Positions 39,992 to 49,561 of a stretch of 63,356 bases of DNA are shown here, piece by piece. The stretch's first letter is position 1. Every line of letters begins with the position of its first letter. This DNA comes from Candidatus Poribacteria bacterium (lineage in GTDB: Bacteria; Poribacteria; WGA-4E; WGA-3G), in contig VYCT01000090.1 in NCBI GenBank assembly GCA_009843785.1, forward strand, positions 1 through 63,356, given 5' to 3'. The translations under genes and the position numbers were made by a program. The notes beneath the pieces were generated by a model. That model ran no database searches. It worked only from the letters and a program-made list of their open reading frames with translations, and was not told the DNA's origin.

Positions 39992-40858
39992 TCAGGTCTT
40001 TCTGCCCTTTAGACTCATCACAACGTGCATGAATGAGCCCCATACAAAGCCTACTAACAAACAAAATGGCAACATATCAAACATCATCCTCAAATCCCAC
40101 TTTCCACCATTCAAAACCTTCCACATCTCTGGTAGAATCTCGAAAGCCACCCACAGGAACCCACCAAAATAAAAGGTGCCTCTTAAAAACCAATTTATGG
40201 ACTTTGCTCGAATCAGGGGGCGTTCAGGAACATTCGCCAATCTTTCCTTTTCTTTTTCAATTTCTTTCATGGAATAGTCAGATACAAAGCCTACAAGGAA
40301 ACAAAATGGCAAACTTTCGAGCATCGTTTTCAAATCCCATTCCCCTCCGTTCCGCACAACCTCGAGAATCACCCACATCACCCACGAAGATACACCGGAA
40401 ACGATGCCTATCCGAAGCGAATGTATGGACGTTGCTTGGAGCGAGGGACGCTCAAGTCCGTCCGCCAATCTTTCTTTTTCTTTTTGTATCCATCTATGGC
40501 GAAAAAACCGAACGGGAAAATACCACAGCGGGAAAGTAACGGTCAATATAGCGAGACTAAAAATGTTCCATAGGCAAGGAATTATTTGATGACAGCTTGG
40601 ACAAACAAAGCCAAACCAATTCCCAAAGGCATTTCCTTTTGCCCACAAACGGCGGTCATTCAGCGTCTCACAGTGCGGGCAAGGAATGTAAGAGCGTTCC
40701 TCCGACGGTTTATCACCCTCTTTCTCAATCAAGGTGACTTTGGGGACTCGTTGTCCGAAAATCAGCTCGTTGAACATAAATGCTGGGAACAATACCCAGA
40801 GTAAACTAAGGGGGTGAGGCAGTGCCTGTATTTTGAATCTGTTTTTGTCGTATCGCAT
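39992..40858 (-). CDS. Zn-ribbon plus repeated membrane-module protein, copy 2 (intact)
   Basis: CPHC...CPSC; two modules EKERL...ERP...W......W.L..M...LP...LVGF. Confidence 0.8.
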   Translation of the reverse strand: MRYDKNRFKIQALPHPLSLLWVLFPAFMFNELIFGQRVPKVTLIEKEGDKPSEERSYIPCPHCETLNDRRLWAKGNAFGNWFGFVCPSCHQIIPCLWNIFSLAILTVTFPLWYFPVRFFRHRWIQKEKERLADGLERPSLQATSIHSLRIGIVSGVSSWVMWVILEVVRNGGEWDLKTMLESLPFCFLVGFVSDYSMKEIEKEKERLANVPERPLIRAKSINWFLRGTFYFGGFLWVAFEILPEMWKVLNGGKWDLRMMFDMLPFCLLVGFVWGSFMHVVMSLKGRKT

Positions 40859-40928
40859 CAGGTTCATCTCCGCATTAAATGGTTGCTTGTCTCAAGAGAT
40901 TTCGGACATTTCAGTTCTGACTTCAGTT

Positions 40929-43264
40929 TCAGTCCACATCAGATTCCTCAAGAATTTTCTGATATGTCTGCGATGCTACGTTGTATGCTTCGCGAGCGGC
41001 ATCGCGTTCCGCTTCTCGAATGCGATCAACTTTTTGGTTCCAGCAGACCTCTACGGCCTCCAAGCACCACCGCGCACTTTTACGACTTGCCCGGATCGGC
41101 TTCCCATCTACAATGACGAAGACCGGATTCGTATGGGACGATGGGAAAATACGGAGCGCGACCCAACTGGATCTGTCGATAGATGTCTCAAATTGAACGG
41201 GTACGACTTCACCGTCAGCAACAATTTCCTGCGTCTCAACCGCCTGACCGTTGACAATGAGTTCAACCGGCACCTTTTGGCTTTCCGCAATGCGCGCACG
41301 CTCAACGTCCCAATACGGCTGCTGATCCAAAGCGCGGTTCTTTATCTCAAGGTTAGGCGTTTCGTTAAGTCGCGCAGCGACGCGAGCCGTGATCGTTACC
41401 GTGCTGGGTGCTTCCAAATCCAACTGGCTAAGCTCTCCAGTGGGTGTCTTTTCCCCAACGGGTACGCCACCGACGGTGAAGTCCAACAGATGACTTTTGC
41501 CATCTCCGACATAAGAACGACCGTCTTTCAATCCTGCCACCCACGCATCGAAATCAAGGGCACCAGGGGGCATTTTCACATAGATACGACCTAACCCGAC
41601 GCGCTCACCGTAAATGCAAGGGAAATCCGTCTCGCCGCTGATTCGCGTGCGGAAACCGCAATTCAGCGTGTGATACCAGATATTCAGCTCCCAAACAGCG
41701 GGTGTGTCTACCGTGGAGATGAAATCAACAGCGTCATGGACAACATCGACGATATATTCGTTCGCACCGATGCCATCAAAAGGTGGCATGTTGTAATTAG
41801 GAAGATTGTCGCCATCTACTTTTAATCCCCAACCGCTATGGCTGAAACCTGTCACCGCACCTTGCTCTTTCGCCCATTGGAGGACAGGAAGATCCCAACT
41901 GGGCCATTCTTCAATGCGTTCAACACCGTTGTAGTCGTCCTCAGTTAACCCCAGTAATGAGAGATGTCCAGCGTGTGATGAAGGGAACCCCGAAACCTCC
42001 ACATCGTATCGCATCACGTAATCATCGGTTGAGAGTTCATGAACCTTACCATTAAAAAACTGTTTCTGGAAATACCAGCAGGGGCCCCATGAGAGTACAC
42101 ACCCGACATTGAGATCCTCGCCGAGAATGTGGCGCATCATATCTTCAGGCGTAACGCCTTCCGTGGGACTTTCGTAGTGAGAGCAACCCGCTGCGTGTAC
42201 ATGATGGTCACCGGAACGCCAGCCTTCCGCCGCGATATGAATCCATCTTTCGAGATGAAAGGTCTCTTGATGCGTCTCGGCATTCGGCACGGTAACGGCT
42301 TGGGTTTTTACTTTATATTCCGGTCCCCGTGTGTATTCGACAGTATAATTGCCCGGCGGTAGAAGCACCGATTCGCCACTGTGCCGATAGATTTGGTTAT
42401 GAAAAAAGAAATCCGGTGCAAGCCGTCGTCCACGCGATGGATAGACCCGGTTCCATTCGTCACGAATGATAAAACCGGCGGTTGTCGGTTTCCCATCAAA
42501 ATCTAACACCTCCAGCGTCACGTTTACCGCTGGTAAGCAGTTGAACAAGATCGGCACTTCGCTGCGGAATCCGATGTCCTGTGTGCCTTGACCGACGTTG
42601 AAACTCAGCATTGCCTCTCGTTTGCCTGCATCGCGACTATAGAGTTGAACGATACGATATTCCAACGCCAATCCGGACAGACTTGCCTTCAAAGGTGGAT
42701 TGCCATAGACTTCAATATCCAGAAAACGGTGCGGAATGTCGCTTTTAGGACAGTCGTCTCTGGATCAGGACTACCAGTGGAACGTTTATAGAGTGGCGCG
42801 GCATTCTCGCTCTCTGCTGCTAACGGTGCTGTCACGCCTGCTTCGTTGTGAACCTTTACCAAGAAGGTGCGCCATCCCTGTTGCATCAGTTCCTTATTCA
42901 CTGGACCTTCTTTAACCTTCACACGGCTTTCAGGATTGATATTGACACCAACCAAACAGTGCGGATCAAGGATTTTTTGAATATCAACAACTGCTTGTTT
43001 TTGGTCCTCAGAAACCAAAACTTTCCCAATTGCTGAAAGGTCGTCCTCAGACAGCGGTGAACCGAGATAATCCAATGCCTCAATAAGCCGTTGTGTTGCT
43101 GACGCGAGTGGTTGAAATTCCACTTCAGTAACCAAACCCAATTCATCGGTGAAACCTACAGAAGCAAAGGTAAGGAAGAATATGCAGCCGACAAGCAGGA
43201 AACGAAATTGGCTGCTAACTCCCTTCCATAAGATAGTTTTATATCGTTTTGTCGTCGGTTGCAT
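40929..43264 (-). pseudogene. Secreted CehA/McbA-family (PHP-like) metallohydrolase split by a 1-nt frameshift at ~42748
   Basis: GDHHVHAAGCSHY, YDVEVSGFPSSHAGH, SHSGWG, SGETDFPC; adding one C (GTC CCT AAA AGC) fuses 42689..43264 with 40929..42692. Confidence 0.8.
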
Positions 43265-43439
43265 GGTGCATGCCTCCTAATCGTTGAAGAGGTTGTTTTC
43301 GGCGCAATCTTAAACTCACTAACGTCATAATCTATCATAATGTGGAGCAGATGTCAAGCCACAAACGATCCAACTGTCCCGGAACTGAAAAGCCGAACAG
43401 CGATATGTAATGTGACGTAAGAATGTCTCCTCACACATA

Positions 43440-44144
43440 TCATGTCACATGATAATCTACACCATACTGCACCAAGCCTAATCGCTGTACTACACCTTGA
43501 GAAGCCACATTGTCCCACGATGTGCTGTAGAGAGGAATACAGTTTAAGACACGGACAGCACGTGCCCAAGCAGCAACAACCGAGGTTGCATACCCACGCC
43601 GACGATAACCAACCAATGTATCAACTCCGGCTTCATGGGAACGTGATGATGAGCGGACACTTCGGCAAATTGACACCGCCCGTGAATCCTCTATGACTGC
43701 TAAATAGGGTTGCAAACTATTTAGTTCCGACACCATTTCGGCAAAGTCTCCTTTCAGAAGCCCCGCGTGTGTACGTGATAGTCGAACAACATTTGTCGGT
43801 AGTGCTATCTGTTCAGGAAAGCGATAAGCGGGCCCGACCCAGACCTGTTCAATCGGGGCATGCCTTTGAAGTATTTCCTTGAATTGCCCATGAACACTTG
43901 AAATTTGCTGGGAATTCATAGGCATAGGTTTGGTGGCAGCAATCTCTTTGAGTTGCGTAACTACATTATCGGGCAGGTCATGTCGGAACCTACAGATTGA
44001 ACCTTCGTTGGTGTATCCAAAGAAAAAACGAGGTGCTGGTTCTGCAGCACCAGTCGGTTCATTTATATGTTGAAGACATCCATTCTCATCCTGTGTGAAT
44101 AGTACCTCAAGCTGTATTTTCATCAGTTCCATATTAGACCGCAT
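43440..44144 (-). CDS. GNAT family N-acetyltransferase
   Basis: EAGVDTLVGYRRRGYAT, PLYSTSWDNVASQ. Confidence 0.88.
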   Translation of the reverse strand: MRSNMELMKIQLEVLFTQDENGCLQHINEPTGAAEPAPRFFFGYTNEGSICRFRHDLPDNVVTQLKEIAATKPMPMNSQQISSVHGQFKEILQRHAPIEQVWVGPAYRFPEQIALPTNVVRLSRTHAGLLKGDFAEMVSELNSLQPYLAVIEDSRAVSICRSVRSSSRSHEAGVDTLVGYRRRGYATSVVAAWARAVRVLNCIPLYSTSWDNVASQGVVQRLGLVQYGVDYHVT

Positions 44145-44174
44145 CCGACAGAATCTCCTGTCCTTTTTAGCTAG

Positions 44175-45395
44175 CTAACCGCTCGATTTTTGAAATTCAC
44201 AGTAACTCTCATATCGAGACTGTGAGATGTTCCCTTTCTTCAACGCCATCTCCACCGCACAACCTTCCTCATAAGTATGCGTGCAGGCACCTCTTGTACA
44301 ATGCTCTCGGAGCGAATTCATCTCTGGAAAATAGCGGTCCATTAAGCGAGGCTCGATGTCGTAAAAGTGTAACTCGCGAAGTCCCGGTGTATCGGCGATA
44401 AAACCGCCGAAATCCAATTTGTAAAGTTGGGTTGCAGCAGTCGTGTGCCTTCCGCCTCGTTTCGGATTCACTGCGTTCGTCCTCAATTTCAAACCGGGCT
44501 GGATAGCATTCAAGAGCGAGGATTTTCCAACGCCTGACAACCCAGAAACTGCAGAAGTCCTCCGTTTCATCCACGCTTTCAAATTCTCGATTCCCTCACC
44601 GGTTGTTGCACTCGTGACGATGGCCGGATAACCGATTTTCCCGTAAAGTGTGACCATCGCGTCTACCTCCGAACGATTTTCAAGCATATCAATTTTATTA
44701 AAACAGACAAGTGGCTCAATCCCCGATGCTTCGGCGATAACAAGGAATTTGTCCAGCATTCGCTGCCAGATCGGTGGCTCTTTTACGGAAGAAACAATGA
44801 CAAGTCCATCAAGATTCGGAATGAGAATAACCCCTTTAGATTGTGTTCCCCTCCGTTTATATTGACGCTTGCGACGCATAACGGCTGCAATGACACCATG
44901 CCTTTCATCAATCACTTGGATTTTGACGCGGTCCCCGACATAGACCTGCTGATTTCTGCTAAACGCATCTCGTTTTCCGCGTAGCGAACATTGATATTGA
45001 TTCACATCACACTGTACAAGGTAAACACCATTGCTCGCACGCATCACGACCCCTTCGGGAAGCCCAAGCAATTTTTCCTTATCAAAGAGATAGCCTGTCC
45101 GTTTGAGAAGTTCCTCGTCCGGTATAATTCGTGCGGTTTTGATGGCACTGAGATGCTTGACCCTATTTTTCACAAGCATTTTCTCTGATTTGAGTAGCAG
45201 CGCGACAACGACAGGTTTGTCCGTGTCGTTGTCAAGCGCATTCTCCGCATCCCGAATCGCTGGATTCATGCCAAGATACACCTTGCAATAGGCGACACGC
45301 TCTCGCCAATCAAAAGCTGAGTAATCACCTTCAACAATTTTTTCTGCTTCTATTAAAGTTGTGCCTGCGTAAACGGACATTGCCATAGGTTTCAA
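44175..45395 (-). CDS. rsgA: Ribosome small subunit-dependent GTPase A with ~110-aa N-terminal extension
   Basis: VGDRV OB fold, NKID, GLSGVGKSSLLN, GRHTT, DTPG, C-x4-C-x-H-x5-C zinc knuckle (CTRGACTHTYEEGC). Confidence 0.9.
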   Translation of the reverse strand: MKPMAMSVYAGTTLIEAEKIVEGDYSAFDWRERVAYCKVYLGMNPAIRDAENALDNDTDKPVVVALLLKSEKMLVKNRVKHLSAIKTARIIPDEELLKRTGYLFDKEKLLGLPEGVVMRASNGVYLVQCDVNQYQCSLRGKRDAFSRNQQVYVGDRVKIQVIDERHGVIAAVMRRKRQYKRRGTQSKGVILIPNLDGLVIVSSVKEPPIWQRMLDKFLVIAEASGIEPLVCFNKIDMLENRSEVDAMVTLYGKIGYPAIVTSATTGEGIENLKAWMKRRTSAVSGLSGVGKSSLLNAIQPGLKLRTNAVNPKRGGRHTTAATQLYKLDFGGFIADTPGLRELHFYDIEPRLMDRYFPEMNSLREHCTRGACTHTYEEGCAVEMALKKGNISQSRYESYCEFQKSSG

Positions 45396-45607
45396 TTACC
45401 TTTGCCTCGTTTACCTCAAATCACCGCGAATTTTCGCGAATAATTTGAAGATAAGTTCGCTAAAACTCTGATAAAAGGTAGTAATCTTTTACCTACATAC
45501 AATTTTGGATGCACTTTAGGAGGCATTACGTGAACGTTTCAAGGTTCTTTCGCTGCAACGAACCTGACTTTTGTAAAGAGTCAAAGGATACACGATTTGT
45601 CTTTGTG

Positions 45608-45641
45608 CGTCAAGAAAAAATTAGACTGATTTTTCTTGACG
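45608..45641. promoter_or_regulatory. 12-bp perfect inverted repeat overlapping a TTGACG -35-like box
   Basis: CGTCAAGAAAAA-N10-TTTTTCTTGACG in the divergent intergenic region rsgA / 45745. Confidence 0.45.
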
Positions 45642-45744
45642 TGTTTTATGAAATTGGTTATTCTTTTACCGAGTGAACAATTGGTCGAATGCGGTAGGAA
45701 GCCCGTAAAAATTGTCCAAAGTTTAGTAAAACAGGAGGGCAACA

Positions 45745-45948
45745 ATGACTAAACCAGGTCCACCGAGAGAGATTGACGAACTTTCTGAATTCCTTACTGA
45801 GAAATTTGACGAGATTTATGATAAAATAGAGAATTTGGAAAATTCTAATAATATCGCTATGAAAATTGAAATTAGTTTTTCAGGTGTTGGAAAAGAGAAG
45901 TTTAGTTATAAAAGGAAATATGCTGCTAAACAAAGTAAGTCAGGATAG
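45745..45948 (+). CDS. Small hypothetical protein (67 aa)
   Basis: AGGAGG SD, AT-rich, ends 11 bp before the next gene, and its end contains that gene's GGAGG SD region. Confidence 0.55.
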   Translation: MTKPGPPREIDELSEFLTEKFDEIYDKIENLENSNNIAMKIEISFSGVGKEKFSYKRKYAAKQSKSG

Positions 45949-45959
45949 GGAGGATACCC

Positions 45960-47039
45960 ATGAAAACGTATCGTGCCGCTGTTATCGGTTGTAGCCGGAT
46001 GGGTGCATTTATTGATAACGAAGTCCCCGATTACAAAGCGATTGAGTTGCCTTATTCGCATGCTGCAGGCTTTTTTGCCGAAGAACGAACCGACCTGATC
46101 GCATGCGCGGATCTGCGTCCAGAAGTCATGGAACATTTTGGAAACCGATATAATGTCCCAAAAGCGAATCAATACACCGATTATCGTGAGATGCTTGAAA
46201 AGGAACAACCTGATATCGTCAGCGTTGCCACACAACCCGAGCACCGCGCAGAAATTGTTGTTTACGCAGCAGAACATGGTGTGAAAGCCATCTATGCGGA
46301 AAAGGCGATGGCAGCTTCTATGGATGAAGCCGCAGCAATGGTGTCTGCAGTAGAAGGAAACAATGTCGCCTTTAATCTTGGCACAAATCGCCGATGGCAT
46401 ACAGGGTTCGACAAGATGAAGGAGATTATCGACAGCGGTGAAATCGGTAAACTCCGAACCTTGATTATCTATTCAAACGCTACACTTTTCAACTCAGCCA
46501 GCCATCATCTTGACCTAATTTTACGTCTGAATAGTGATGCGCCTGCAAGTTGGGTCACTGGGTATCTTCCACAAGGCGATTCCGTTTTTGATGGAGATGT
46601 GCTGCAAGTGGATCCGACTGGTGGCGGCACAATCCAGTTTGAAAACGGTGTAACAGCACATGCATTGCTAACGCCACGGGGTAGTGAATGGGAAGCCATT
46701 TGTGATGGTGGAACCGTTACATGCTGGAACAACGGTTGGCAGTGGCATCTCCGTAAAAAACAAGATATCCCCGGGTGGCGGACGTGTCAGGTACCTGAAA
46801 CCTTTCCTGAATTTGAACGCACCAGTAGCACAGCAAATTTGGTTAAAGACCTTGTTCACGCGTTAGATACTGGGGAACCGACCCGCGGCGGTGTCCGGTG
46901 TGCGTATGCCAGCACGGAACTGATTTTTGGGATCATTGAATCGCATCTGCACAACGGCGCACGTATCGAACTGCCCTTGAAGGACTCAAAAATCCGTTTA
47001 CAGAGAAATCCATCTGCGAGACAACCACGGATCGATTAA
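45960..47039 (+). CDS. Gfo/Idh/MocA family oxidoreductase
   Basis: AAVIGC, DYREML...PDIVSVAT, AIYAEKAMA. Confidence 0.92.
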   Translation: MKTYRAAVIGCSRMGAFIDNEVPDYKAIELPYSHAAGFFAEERTDLIACADLRPEVMEHFGNRYNVPKANQYTDYREMLEKEQPDIVSVATQPEHRAEIVVYAAEHGVKAIYAEKAMAASMDEAAAMVSAVEGNNVAFNLGTNRRWHTGFDKMKEIIDSGEIGKLRTLIIYSNATLFNSASHHLDLILRLNSDAPASWVTGYLPQGDSVFDGDVLQVDPTGGGTIQFENGVTAHALLTPRGSEWEAICDGGTVTCWNNGWQWHLRKKQDIPGWRTCQVPETFPEFERTSSTANLVKDLVHALDTGEPTRGGVRCAYASTELIFGIIESHLHNGARIELPLKDSKIRLQRNPSARQPRID

Positions 47040-47116
47040 CCATAGCAAGCTCAGATACAACAGAAACAGATTCGGGATATCATGAGGAGTCTATCCATAA
47101 CCCCAGCTGCCACCTT

Positions 47117-47142
47117 GTAGCATAGGAAACCGTTAGCCTGTG
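47117..47142 (+). repeat. GTAG-type REP-like hairpin
   Basis: GTAGCATAGGAAACCGTTAGCCTGTG between convergent genes. Confidence 0.45.
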
Positions 47143-47273
47143 TCTATTCACACCGAAAATAGCAGGAAACATGCTAAGTTTTTCGCAAAAATGACCGCTT
47201 TTCACTCAAAAACGGTGTTCGTGCGTCTAAAATCAAATAGGTAGCAAGTTGAGGTATCCATAGATCGCCAATC

Positions 47274-48086
47274 TTACGTCAGTTGTTTACAATGATTGTC
47301 CCGTACTTTTTTTATCAACTGCGCTGCTTCTGCTTCTTGTAGTTTCATAAGTTTTGCAATGTAAGATGGTTTACGCTTCCAGTGAGTTAATTGATCTGCT
47401 GATCGGGTCGTCATTATCAACTTCTCAACTTCCTTTAAGTACCCAGCTGTCTTTGTGATACGACGCACTTTGTCTATGGGGATGTTTAGATCCACTGCCA
47501 AGTATTTTATGCTCCTATGCTCATCCCAGCATCGCTGAGCTATGATTTGGCATAACTCCGTTTGTGAATATTTAGCAATGTGTTGTTTTTCAGCATCCTG
47601 TTTCATCGCCTTATGAGCCGAACCTGTCTTGATTGCCTCATAACTGAGATATTTCTCAAAGCAATCGTCACTTACTGAAATGTTATGTATGATGAGATTC
47701 AACTCTCGCACTTTACAATCCTTCTCTGTTCTTTCCTCAGCAGGATGAAAAAAACGCCATCTCTCTCCATCCGTGACGACAGCGATAGAGACACTTCTAC
47801 GAGAAGCATATCCGAATACTTGTTTTTCGGCCGGTTTAAGGTCACTACGGTGTTTCTTGACTTCAATGAAAACCCGTGGTTCTGATGCTGGATAGCAAAG
47901 GGCATAGTCTACTTCTCCGATGTCCTTAACAGGGTATTCTGGATAGACTGATTGCGGGTCGCGCGTTGACCAACCTAAGTCATTAAGTATTGGTTCCACG
48001 ATACATTGACGAATTGATTGCTCATTTGGATATATTCTATTTTTCAACCTATCGCGTATGGCATCAATATTTTCCTTTAGTTTCAT
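47274..48086 (-). CDS. Type I restriction HsdR_N-like PD-(D/E)xK nuclease domain fused to an unnamed HTH-like C-terminal domain
   Basis: NEQSIRQCIVEPILNDLGW, PEYPV, VDYAL, FIEVK, QVFGYA, TDGERWRFF. Confidence 0.85.
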   Translation of the reverse strand: MKLKENIDAIRDRLKNRIYPNEQSIRQCIVEPILNDLGWSTRDPQSVYPEYPVKDIGEVDYALCYPASEPRVFIEVKKHRSDLKPAEKQVFGYASRRSVSIAVVTDGERWRFFHPAEERTEKDCKVRELNLIIHNISVSDDCFEKYLSYEAIKTGSAHKAMKQDAEKQHIAKYSQTELCQIIAQRCWDEHRSIKYLAVDLNIPIDKVRRITKTAGYLKEVEKLIMTTRSADQLTHWKRKPSYIAKLMKLQEAEAAQLIKKVRDNHCKQLT

Positions 48087-48147
48087 GATTCTCTCCTTGA
48101 TACTTGCCTATACTGGATACAGTTCATTTCTCATTTGGCACAATTGG

Positions 48148-49089
48148 CTAAGTTGTGAGGGATTTACGCCGAATACCATCCAGTTCTTCAGGGCTGAAAA
48201 CACCTGCTTGATAGAGATTCAGATATTCTTCAGAAACGCTCTGACCAAATATCATCAGATCATCTGTGTTAATCGTCACTGGAACACCGTGGTCAAATAA
48301 GATACGGACCGGATGTGAGGCGAGATTCGACACACCGCCCAACATCACATTGCTCGTCGGACAGACGTTCAGTTGAATCTGATTCTCGGAAAGCCACCGC
48401 ATGATTTCAACCGATTCTGCCGCAGCGATACCGTGTTGAACCTCCTCCAAGTCAAGGACTTCAACAGTTCGGCGGATCTCCTCCGCGTCCTCAAACTCAC
48501 CAACGTGCGCTTTGAGTTTCAGTCCGGCAGCGCGTGCCTTTGTAAACAACGGTTTCATAACCTCCGGCGGACACACCTCTTGACGGCTATACAAATCAAT
48601 TGACTGGAAAAAACCTAATTCCACGGCTTCGTGCGCCAGTGCCATCAACTTTGGGTCGTCAGCATTTCCACGAGAAAAGCCCAACTCTGGACGTAGATCC
48701 ACCTGCGCTTGATACCGCTCAACTAACGCTTCAATGAACTCGCAAAGCTCCATTATCCCATTGGGATAGAACTCTGCCAGTCGGATGTCAAAGCTCATCT
48801 CAAGCATCACAACGCCATCTTGGACTGCATCATCCATGGCTGATGCAGCGACGAACTCGAAACCCTCCCGGTGTTTTATGCGAGGGGCTAAGACCGCGTC
48901 GGCATATTCCATCATCCCCTCAACACCTTTCATTTTTAGCGGTGGTTTGGTGAGGGAGTGTCCCAGCCAATGTTCTACGCTTTCCCGTCGTGCACTGAAG
49001 AACGCATGGCAGTGAACATCGGTTTTAGGGGCTGCTTTTATCGCGATTAAGTTATTCGTGGAGAGTGCTTCAACGAAATCAATAGACAT
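48148..49089 (-). CDS. add: Adenosine/adenine deaminase family
   Basis: DVHCH, AHVGE, VQHGI, NVCPTSN, TINTDD. Confidence 0.85.
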   Translation of the reverse strand: MSIDFVEALSTNNLIAIKAAPKTDVHCHAFFSARRESVEHWLGHSLTKPPLKMKGVEGMMEYADAVLAPRIKHREGFEFVAASAMDDAVQDGVVMLEMSFDIRLAEFYPNGIMELCEFIEALVERYQAQVDLRPELGFSRGNADDPKLMALAHEAVELGFFQSIDLYSRQEVCPPEVMKPLFTKARAAGLKLKAHVGEFEDAEEIRRTVEVLDLEEVQHGIAAAESVEIMRWLSENQIQLNVCPTSNVMLGGVSNLASHPVRILFDHGVPVTINTDDLMIFGQSVSEEYLNLYQAGVFSPEELDGIRRKSLTT

Positions 49090-49111
49090 TATGAATTTAT
49101 ATGCTCCAGCT

Positions 49112-49136
49112 ACGGCACACGGAGCGTGCCTGCTAC
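49112..49136 (-). repeat. GTAG-type REP-like hairpin
   Basis: Minus strand GTAGCAGGCACGCTCCGTGTGCCGT. Confidence 0.55.
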
Positions 49137-49137
49137 C

Positions 49138-49480
49138 TTAAAGGTGCGCTATGTCTCCTCTCTTTGAATATTCGATGATACGTAAGTATTCACCATACAC
49201 GCGACCTCTCGATACTTCGTGCTCATACCAATCCGCTTTGGATACTTTGACACCTTCATATTCAGCAAGATATGTAACAGGTGAAAGTGTTTGAGAAAGG
49301 AAGAATTTCCGCAAGGTTCGCAAGCAGCGACCACTGTGGTGCGCCTTGCATAGAAACGCGATACTCTCAGGAGAAATATCATTCTTTTCCAATACTTCAA
49401 GACTGAAAGCAACATCCTCAAGTGTGTTTGTTGATTTATCTTGAACGAGGATTAGGTCCGTCTGTATGCTGCCTCCTTTA
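49138..49480 (-). pseudogene. C-terminal remnant of a YdcF/DUF218-like protein
   Basis: In frame upstream of the ORF: ILVQDKSTNTLEDV..SLEVL...FLCKAHHSGR...RVYGEYLRI; N-terminus missing. Confidence 0.5.
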
Positions 49481-49561
49481 CAGCAAAAACGAATTCACTG
49501 TTGTTTGCACGTGCCTTGCGAATATTCAACGCCTCCACAGTAAAACCTCCATCTTCCAGAC

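Noticed and set aside
38721-40898. Diversity-generating retroelement TR/VR pair
   Set aside because: Differences are not restricted to adenines and no reverse transcriptase is in the window
40833-41594. 253-aa antisense ORF
   Set aside because: Lies entirely opposite a well-supported hydrolase gene with no recognisable motif; treated as a shadow ORF, like most 60-200 aa overlapping ORFs in the track
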